This document shows, piece after piece, positions 24,572 to 30,661 of a stretch of 30,661 bases of DNA. The translations under genes were made by a program, and so were the position numbers. A model generated the notes under the pieces. The model searched no databases, had not been told where the DNA came from, and worked only from the letters and a program-made list of their open reading frames with translations. Origin of the DNA: a virus (taxonomy: Duplodnaviria > Caudoviricetes); the IMG/VR virus record IMGVR_UViG_3300004369_000087, positions 1 through 30,661 of that record. One strand, 5' to 3'. The number at the start of each line of letters is the position of its first letter. The stretch's first letter is position 1.

Positions 24572-26186
24572 GATTGACTTCAACTCTCTGCTTCCATTTG
24601 AAGACGAGAACACCGTTGTTGCAAGGATGCTTTCTGACCTTCCTGCTCCTCCGGGCGGTGAGTCATATAACACTCGCGAGGGTTCGGTAATCCACGGACT
24701 CTTCAGGCCGATTGTTTTGGAGCGGGCACGCCTTCTTTCATACGCTGAGGAACTGTTCCGTCAGTCGTTTATTGCTTATGCAACCGGCGAGTATCTTGAT
24801 GTACGCGCTGAGGAACTTGGTGTTTCACGCGGAACGGCTTTGAACTCAATCGTCACTATTACGGTAACTGGTGACGAGGGAACCGTCATTAACTCAAATA
24901 ATGCGGTTTTTGCTTCTTCTGGTGATTCGGCAACTGGTATTGAGAGCGTTTCTTTCGTGCCGAATGAAGAGGCAACTATCCCATCCGGTGGGAGCGTTTC
25001 TGTTCCCTGCACGTCAACTACTGCTGGTGCAAGCACGAATGTTGACGCCGGACAGGTGACTCTCGTCATTGAGGCACCAGATGGTGTTACTTCAGTGACT
25101 AATGCTGCTGCTGCATCTGGTGGAGCAGACGAAGAGGATGATGAGTCGCTTCGCCTTTCTCTTGCCCAGCGCCTACAGGCACTTGCTGGGACCGGAAACG
25201 CTGCTTACTACAGGTCTGTCGCTCTTCGTGAGCCAGACGTTCAGAACGTAAACGTTGACGACCTTTGGGACGGCAACGGGACCGCTTTGATTACGCTGTC
25301 TGGTCGTCTTGCGCCGTTTGTTGACCCTGAAACGGTCGCTCGTCTTCAGAACTTCTTTGACCCATCTGTCAAAAATATTGCTCATTTTGAGGGGGACGAG
25401 ACGTGGACCGGTGGGAGTGTCTACAGCGAGGCGCTTGAGGGTCAGAGCAGCCGTCAAATGTCTGTTTTGCACAGCAACCCCGATGAAGTAATGAGCATTG
25501 CGTTCGGAACCGTTCTTGACCTGTCCGCCTTCAACAGCCCAAGTAACGAAATAAGCCTGTTTATCAAGCGCGTGAGCAGTAGCGCGAGGCTTCAAAACTT
25601 TACTATTGAGTTTTCTTCTTCAAATAGTGGTACCGCTACTGCGGTCGTGAGCAGCACCACTATTAATGCGCTTTCGGGAATTGCGAGTAGAGCGACCCTC
25701 GCCGTCCCGGTTTCCTCTTTTACCCTTGCGGGTAGTTTTAATTGGGCAAGCGTGAGTGGAGTTGAGTTCACGCTTCAGGCTCCGAGCAGTTCTGGCGACC
25801 CAAATGTCGTCGTGGTTGACGGGCTGCGCATTCGTGCTGTGTCCGGCGGATTCCTTTCTGGTCAGGTTCCGCTTGGTATTCAGGTAACGGTTAGGTCTGC
25901 ACGCGCATCAACCGTAAATGTTGATGCAGACATCCTTCTTGATTCTGGTCTTGTCGTTGATGACATTTCCGGAATTATTGAGTCTTCAATCAGCGACTAC
26001 TTCCGCAGGCTGCCTCCGGGTTCTATCGTTCGCGTGTCCGAGATTGCAAACATTATTCACGATACTCGCGGTATTCTTGACTACGAGAACATCATACTGA
26101 ACTCTCTTGCGGCAAACACGAACATTGACACCCTTGACTCAGACCAAGGCCCCATCCTTGGAACGTTGACTTTGCAGGCGATATAG
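24564..26186 (+). CDS. Baseplate J-like protein (XkdT/Mu gp47) with inserted beta-sandwich domain
   Basis: TREGS, YATGEYLD, VTN..AASGGADEEDDESLR, GN.AYY, WDGNGT motifs. Confidence 0.92.
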   Translation: MAEIDFNSLLPFEDENTVVARMLSDLPAPPGGESYNTREGSVIHGLFRPIVLERARLLSYAEELFRQSFIAYATGEYLDVRAEELGVSRGTALNSIVTITVTGDEGTVINSNNAVFASSGDSATGIESVSFVPNEEATIPSGGSVSVPCTSTTAGASTNVDAGQVTLVIEAPDGVTSVTNAAAASGGADEEDDESLRLSLAQRLQALAGTGNAAYYRSVALREPDVQNVNVDDLWDGNGTALITLSGRLAPFVDPETVARLQNFFDPSVKNIAHFEGDETWTGGSVYSEALEGQSSRQMSVLHSNPDEVMSIAFGTVLDLSAFNSPSNEISLFIKRVSSSARLQNFTIEFSSSNSGTATAVVSSTTINALSGIASRATLAVPVSSFTLAGSFNWASVSGVEFTLQAPSSSGDPNVVVVDGLRIRAVSGGFLSGQVPLGIQVTVRSARASTVNVDADILLDSGLVVDDISGIIESSISDYFRRLPPGSIVRVSEIANIIHDTRGILDYENIILNSLAANTNIDTLDSDQGPILGTLTLQAI

Positions 26187-26195
26187 GGGCCAACT

Positions 26196-26468
26196 ATGAG
26201 TGCAACTGTTCCTGACTATGTTCCTTGGCACATTTACGAGCGTGACATCCAGCGCCTGTCTGATGACATTGACCGACTGGTAAACAAGATTGATGGTCTT
26301 GTTGAGGTTATTGGTGGACTGACGGTTTCTCAGCATCGCGATGACGTTATGGAAGAGCACCGCCGTGAAGATTCTTCGCGCCGCTGGAGCCTTGGGCTTG
26401 CTGTATTTGCGGCGTCGCTTTCATGCGCTTCAGCAATTCTCGTCGCGTGGGTAAGCAGCACAATTTAG
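26196..26468 (+). CDS. Small coiled-coil protein with C-terminal transmembrane helix
   Basis: IQRLSDDIDRLVNKIDGL heptads; WSLGLAVFAASLSCASAILVAWV hydrophobic segment. Confidence 0.65.
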   Translation: MSATVPDYVPWHIYERDIQRLSDDIDRLVNKIDGLVEVIGGLTVSQHRDDVMEEHRREDSSRRWSLGLAVFAASLSCASAILVAWVSSTI

Positions 26469-27503
26469 TTGGCTCTTGTAATTAACATGCCGGTTTGGCA
26501 GCCAGAAACCGTTGGTAATGGCCGACTTCTCATCATCGGTTCAATTGCGAGCATTTCTGATAACCCTCAGTCAATCCGCTGGAGGGTTAACGGTCAGCAT
26601 TGGGAAACTGGCGTCGCGGCGACAGATGTACCCGACGAATTCTCTTTCTGGGTGCATGGGTATCGTCAGTTGCCCGGAACAGAGTTTGAGCCGGAGTGGA
26701 TTGCTGTTGATAACCACTTTGAGGCACCGTCTGCACGCGAGGTCTTGTACCTAACGATGCAGAGCGCATCGCTAATCCCGAAGCAGACAAGCGTTTTGAA
26801 TGTTGATGCGACACCAAACTCTTGGTTTTGGGAAGACGGAATCATTTATCACAGGCCACTCGTTGGTGAGCAGCCTTCTTCTGTGCCGGTAACTACGCCG
26901 TCTTTTGGCGAGGGCGAGCCTCACCGACTTGAGATTCAGACCCAGTCTGGTGCAGTCTTGTTTGACGAGACTTTTACGTGGAACTGGCCGGTGCGTGACA
27001 CGGTGTCGCACCTAATTAACACAACTTCACCTTCTTTTCTTTCTGAGACTCAAGCGGCACGCGATATTTACTTTGCTCAGGCGCGTGCAATCGCTGATAT
27101 CTACTCAATCTTTGACGACTACGCCCTCCAGTCGTTTCCTTCGTCTGCAACGTGGTCCATTCCCCTGTGGGAGGAACTTCTTGACCTACCCTCTCTCGTT
27201 TCTCTTTCAACGCAAGAGCGTGCGCAAATTGTTGAAGAGAGCATCAGGGGTGTTGGGGGTCTGCGTACAGAGTTTTTTGATGCGCTTGATGACCAAATCG
27301 GTACTCAGGTAACTGTTACTGATGACTACGGTAACTACAATGTTGTATTCAGGCTGAACTTGAGTGGTACAGACCCTTCTGCTGCGAAGTATCGCTCTGC
27401 TGCGGAGGCTCTAATTGCTCGCATCAAGCCCGCTGGTATTCAGACTTCAGTAAGTTACGCAACGTTTATTTCTGGCGTTTCCCGTGCCGGTGACGCTCTT
27501 TAG
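26469..27503 (+). CDS. Baseplate wedge protein (XkdU/YmfQ/DUF2313-like C-terminus) with N-terminal extension
   Basis: QSFPSSATWSIPLWEELL, ER...., I..IKPAG motifs in C-terminal half. Confidence 0.78.
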   Translation: MALVINMPVWQPETVGNGRLLIIGSIASISDNPQSIRWRVNGQHWETGVAATDVPDEFSFWVHGYRQLPGTEFEPEWIAVDNHFEAPSAREVLYLTMQSASLIPKQTSVLNVDATPNSWFWEDGIIYHRPLVGEQPSSVPVTTPSFGEGEPHRLEIQTQSGAVLFDETFTWNWPVRDTVSHLINTTSPSFLSETQAARDIYFAQARAIADIYSIFDDYALQSFPSSATWSIPLWEELLDLPSLVSLSTQERAQIVEESIRGVGGLRTEFFDALDDQIGTQVTVTDDYGNYNVVFRLNLSGTDPSAAKYRSAAEALIARIKPAGIQTSVSYATFISGVSRAGDAL

Positions 27504-27515
27504 CCGGGGGTATCT

Positions 27516-28736
27516 GTGACCGCTCCAAAGCAGGTTGATTTCGTTGACGGCGTGACTGTTGTTGCCGCTGATTTTCTTGATCGGATTCAGGAGATTCAGG
27601 CAGGTCTTGCAATCAACATGGCGCTTGCCATTTCTGGAACGTCGTTGGTTTTGCCAGCCGGTGAAGGGAACAGCGTGTCTTCAATTACTATTGGGGACAA
27701 GTTTCGCTATCTGGAGACTGCGCAGACACTTTCCTTTACGTCTTCGGATGCCGCCGGTTCATACGGCATTTGGGCGGTTACGTCTTCGACTGACTCAAAC
27801 CCTTCTTTTTCTCTTGAGAAGGTGGCAGGAAGCGGAACGCCGACCGCTGACTACTCTCGTAGGGTTGCAACGGTCACTTGGGATGGTTCGTCTACGCTTT
27901 CGAACCTTGTTCAGTTGGCCGGTTATGATAATCACGGTCACATGCACACTTTGGCGGGTGACCCGCTTCCTGCGGAATCTATCTCTTCTTCGCAGATTGT
28001 TGACGGGACAATCGTTCTGACAGACCTTGCCAGCAGTCTTCAGAACCTTCTTGTTCCTGTTGGTTCCGTTTTCCCATACGCGGGAAGTTCTGCTCCTTCT
28101 CAGTACCTTTTGTGCGACGGCTCTGAGGTTTCTCAGACGACATATTCTGCGCTGTTTTCCGCGATTGGCACCGCATACAACCTTGGCGATGAGCAGGCCG
28201 GAAACTTCCGTATTCCCGACCTTCGTGGCCGTGTTCCCGTTGGGAAGGACAACATGGGTGGTACTGCTGCGAGTCGTATGACTTCAGCAGGTTCGGGAAT
28301 TGACGGGACAGCGCTTGGTTCGGCGGGTGGTTCGCAGACGCATACACTTTCTGCGGCGCAGTCCGGTCTTCCTGCTCATAGTGTTAATGCAGACGGTGGT
28401 CACACGCATTCCGTTGGTCTTGCCGGTGGTCACTCGCACGGCGGAAGCACCAGCGGTGTCGGAGACCACACACATGGATATACCGCTCCATTTACCGGGA
28501 AGAGCATTCGGCAGGGAACGGGAACATTTACCGGCGCAATGGAGGCGGAAATTACCGGCGGTGGTACTGGTGGAGGTGGCGCTCACTCACACAGCATCGC
28601 TACAGACACCGTTGCAAACCACAGTCACGTCGTAGACGGCGGCTCGCATACCCACACAGTAACCGCTCAAAACGCATCCTCTGCGCACCAGAACACACAG
28701 CCGAGCACCATTCTCAACTACATCATTAGGTTCTAA
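27516..28736 (+). CDS. Tail fibre protein with phage tail collar domain and HxH needle
   Basis: PVGSVFPYAGSSAPSQYLLCDGSEVS.TTYSALFSAIG...FRIPDLRGRVPVG; six HxH motifs; HQNTQPS.ILNYII ending. Confidence 0.9.
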   Translation: MTAPKQVDFVDGVTVVAADFLDRIQEIQAGLAINMALAISGTSLVLPAGEGNSVSSITIGDKFRYLETAQTLSFTSSDAAGSYGIWAVTSSTDSNPSFSLEKVAGSGTPTADYSRRVATVTWDGSSTLSNLVQLAGYDNHGHMHTLAGDPLPAESISSSQIVDGTIVLTDLASSLQNLLVPVGSVFPYAGSSAPSQYLLCDGSEVSQTTYSALFSAIGTAYNLGDEQAGNFRIPDLRGRVPVGKDNMGGTAASRMTSAGSGIDGTALGSAGGSQTHTLSAAQSGLPAHSVNADGGHTHSVGLAGGHSHGGSTSGVGDHTHGYTAPFTGKSIRQGTGTFTGAMEAEITGGGTGGGGAHSHSIATDTVANHSHVVDGGSHTHTVTAQNASSAHQNTQPSTILNYIIRF

Positions 28737-29113
28737 TGACAGCCGGTCGCTATGACATCGCCATTGACCAAGGGTCAACTTTCCGCAAGACGATTACGTG
28801 GAAGGACTCTTCCGGCAACGAAATTGACCTGACCGGGTATAGCGCACGTATGCAGGTTCGCCCTACGTATTCATCGTCATCAACAACACTGAACCTTACG
28901 ACTGCAAACGGTGGAATTACGCTAGGTGGCGACGCTGGCACCATTGAGTTGTACGTCTCTGCGACTGCGACTGCTGCGATTCCAACGACTTCGCCAAGCC
29001 AGTTCGCAGATGCATTTGTCGGTGTTTACGACCTTGAGTTGGTCGCGCCGAACAGCGACGTCACTCGCCTCTTGCATGGGGACTTCATCGTGAACCCTGA
29101 GGTAACCCGGTGA
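28736..29113 (+). CDS. Ig-like virion structural protein (BppU N-terminal-like)
   Basis: Y.I.IDQGSTF....W.....IDLTGYSARMQVR...GVYDLEL....VTRLL.G.F.V.PEVTR, common near phage tail fibres. Confidence 0.75.
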   Translation: MTAGRYDIAIDQGSTFRKTITWKDSSGNEIDLTGYSARMQVRPTYSSSSTTLNLTTANGGITLGGDAGTIELYVSATATAAIPTTSPSQFADAFVGVYDLELVAPNSDVTRLLHGDFIVNPEVTR

Positions 29114-29334
29114 GCGTCACTGGTGACGCATTTATTGAGGTAGCAATTAAGAACGCCTCAGATGCAGCAGAAGAGCACCTTAGCCTTTGTTTTGAAAGCC
29201 TTGATGACCCCAGCGTTCAGGTTGAAACGGCAGGACCATTCTGTGGCTGCAATACCTGTGTTGTTCGCGAGGTAATTGCCAAAAGTTGGCCATACATGCG
29301 CCTCATTGCCATTGTTGAGTCGGAGGACGGCTAG
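29110..29334 (+). CDS. Small hypothetical protein with CxCxxC motif
   Basis: GTGA overlap upstream, TAG/GTG overlap downstream; PFCGCNTCVVREV. Confidence 0.6.
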   Translation: MSVTGDAFIEVAIKNASDAAEEHLSLCFESLDDPSVQVETAGPFCGCNTCVVREVIAKSWPYMRLIAIVESEDG

Positions 29335-29645
29335 TGTCAGATAATGGTTTTGAATACTTTGAGTCGTCTAATGACCACGTTCATGTATACGTTACCGACG
29401 ATGCCGTTTCGGTTGTTTCGGTTGGTACACAAGGACCTGCTGGCCCAGCGCGGCAGACATATATTTACAATCAGAACCAAGCATCACAAACTTGGGTAAT
29501 TAACCACAACTTGGGACAATACCCTTCTGTAGTAGTAATTGATTCTGCTGGTAGTGCAATTATTTCTGACGTACAATATGATTCCGAGTATCAAGTTACT
29601 CTCCGCTTTAGCGCCGCTTTTGCAGGCAGGGCCTACCTTAATTAA
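29334..29645 (+). CDS. Virion structural protein, tail-fibre associated
   Basis: GTQGPAGP then TW.INHNLG.YPSV.VIDS.G...F...F.GRAYLN. Confidence 0.7.
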   Translation: MSDNGFEYFESSNDHVHVYVTDDAVSVVSVGTQGPAGPARQTYIYNQNQASQTWVINHNLGQYPSVVVIDSAGSAIISDVQYDSEYQVTLRFSAAFAGRAYLN

Positions 29646-29654
29646 GGAGAATTA

Positions 29655-30661
29655 GTGAAGGTTCTTAACAATCTTGATCTTGTTCAAAACGAGATTCAGA
29701 ACGCGGTCGTCCAGAACCTCGCGACGGCTCCGAGTAGCCCTGAGGTTGGACAGGTCTATTACGACACTGTTCTTGGATACCTGCGTGTGTACAACGGTTC
29801 TTCGTGGGACCGTCTTGATGACAACTGGGTGTCGTCTGTTGGTGCAACCGCTCCGATTCAGAGCAGCGGGGGCGCAACCCCGACCATCAGCATTGACGCG
29901 GCAACGACTTCCGCTGCCGGTTCGATGTCGGCTGCCGACAAGACGCTTCTTGACGGGGCGACGGCAACCGACACTGCCAACACGCTGGTCAAGCGCGACT
30001 CCAACAAGCGCTTCCGCGCTGCCGATCCGAGCGACCCGCAGGACGTAGCCACCAAGTCTTACGTTGACGGCGTTGCGTCTGGCCTTGATGTCAAGGCGTC
30101 GGTTCGCGCTGCGACGACAGCAAACATTACTCTCTCCGGTGAGCAGACCATTGACGGCGTGAGCGTCGTTGCTGGCGACCGCGTTTTGGTCAAGGACCAG
30201 ACTACTGGTGAGGACAATGGTATCTACGTCGCATCGGCTTCGTCGTGGACTCGCGCATCTGACGCAGACTCTAATGCGGAGGTAACGCCCAACCTCTTCA
30301 CGTTTGTGGAAGAGGGCACTGTCAATGCCGACTCCGGTTGGACACTCTCAAACAACAGTTCGATCACTCTCGGCACGACGTCCCTGACGTTCTCGCAGTT
30401 CTCTGGTGCAGGCCAGATCACTGCCGGTGACGGTCTTACCAAGACCGGCAACACGATCAACGCCGTTGGCACCGCCGGTCGCGTCAGTGTCAGCGCCGAT
30501 GCGATTGACATTGACTCAACCTACGTCGGTCAGAACACGATCACGACCGTTGGCACGATCACTACCGGAACGTGGAACGGCACGGACATCGCTGTTGCGG
30601 ACGGCGGTACGGGAGCATCCGACGCGGCGGGGGCAAAGACCAACCTTGGGTTTATGACCCG
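29655..30661 (+). CDS. Tail fibre-like protein (COG5301-like), truncated by window end; not in ORF track
   Basis: AAGGAG RBS, GTG29655; MKVLNNLDLVQNEIQNAVVQNLATAPSSP...ATKSYVD..ASGLDVKASVRAATTANITLSG.QTIDGV....GDRVLVKDQ...NGIYV; no stop before 30661. Confidence 0.88.
   Translation, partial: MKVLNNLDLVQNEIQNAVVQNLATAPSSPEVGQVYYDTVLGYLRVYNGSSWDRLDDNWVSSVGATAPIQSSGGATPTISIDAATTSAAGSMSAADKTLLDGATATDTANTLVKRDSNKRFRAADPSDPQDVATKSYVDGVASGLDVKASVRAATTANITLSGEQTIDGVSVVAGDRVLVKDQTTGEDNGIYVASASSWTRASDADSNAEVTPNLFTFVEEGTVNADSGWTLSNNSSITLGTTSLTFSQFSGAGQITAGDGLTKTGNTINAVGTAGRVSVSADAIDIDSTYVGQNTITTVGTITTGTWNGTDIAVADGGTGASDAAGAKTNLGFMT

Larger units (their letters stand above)
1..30661 (+). mobile_element. 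Tailed bacteriophage (Caudoviricetes, contractile/myovirus-type tail) genome segment
   Basis: Co-oriented, translationally coupled lysis, head, neck, sheath/tube, tape measure, baseplate and fibre genes; no host housekeeping genes seen. Confidence 0.97.

Noticed and set aside
29674-30657. ORF-track calls 29674..30048 and 30406..30657
   Set aside because: Off-frame to the real tail-fibre gene starting at GTG29655, which is missing from the track because it has no stop in the window
27516-30661. Diversity-generating retroelement or invertible tail-fibre cassette
   Set aside because: No reverse transcriptase, invertase, template/variable repeat pair or inverted crossover sites seen in the window
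1-30661. Stop-codon reassignment, tRNA genes, integrase
   Set aside because: Genes tile fully under the standard code using TAA, TAG and TGA stops; no cloverleaf with T-loop consensus or recombinase motif recognised

Overview
The whole window is a stretch of a tailed bacteriophage genome (roughly 55-60% GC by eye), with essentially all real genes on the + strand and many stop/start overlaps. The order is: a repeat-rich non-coding start (1-230); a ~450-nt, heavily base-paired intergenic segment before a small HNH nuclease; SSB and nucleotide-metabolism/Zn-finger genes; a CHAP endolysin and holin with a terminator; an unusual ~5.5-kb cluster of basic, modular proteins (4586-10141); prohead protease/scaffold, DUF2190-like cement protein and Mu gpT-like capsid; neck genes; a PBSX/Xkd-type contractile tail with a -1 frameshifted chaperone; baseplate; and tail fibres, the last one truncated by the window end. 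No terminase or portal is present. The best candidate for a new system is the 4586-10141 cluster. Two adjacent proteins there share a ~75-aa module (RDxGGxGGGQFV) but carry different C-terminal enzymes, an R-S-ExE ADP-ribosyltransferase and an HExxH zincin. Several genes in the cluster also have [LMI]-x-E-[SA] motifs at domain borders, like those in the scaffold and capsid. This suggests capsid-packaged, protease-processed, swappable effectors. Also notable are the putative large structured RNA, strong GATC/AGCT avoidance that breaks down for GATC only in the last tail-fibre gene, and SSB/holin features pointing to an actinobacterial (possibly Thermoleophilia) host. All family assignments come from motif recognition without database searches.
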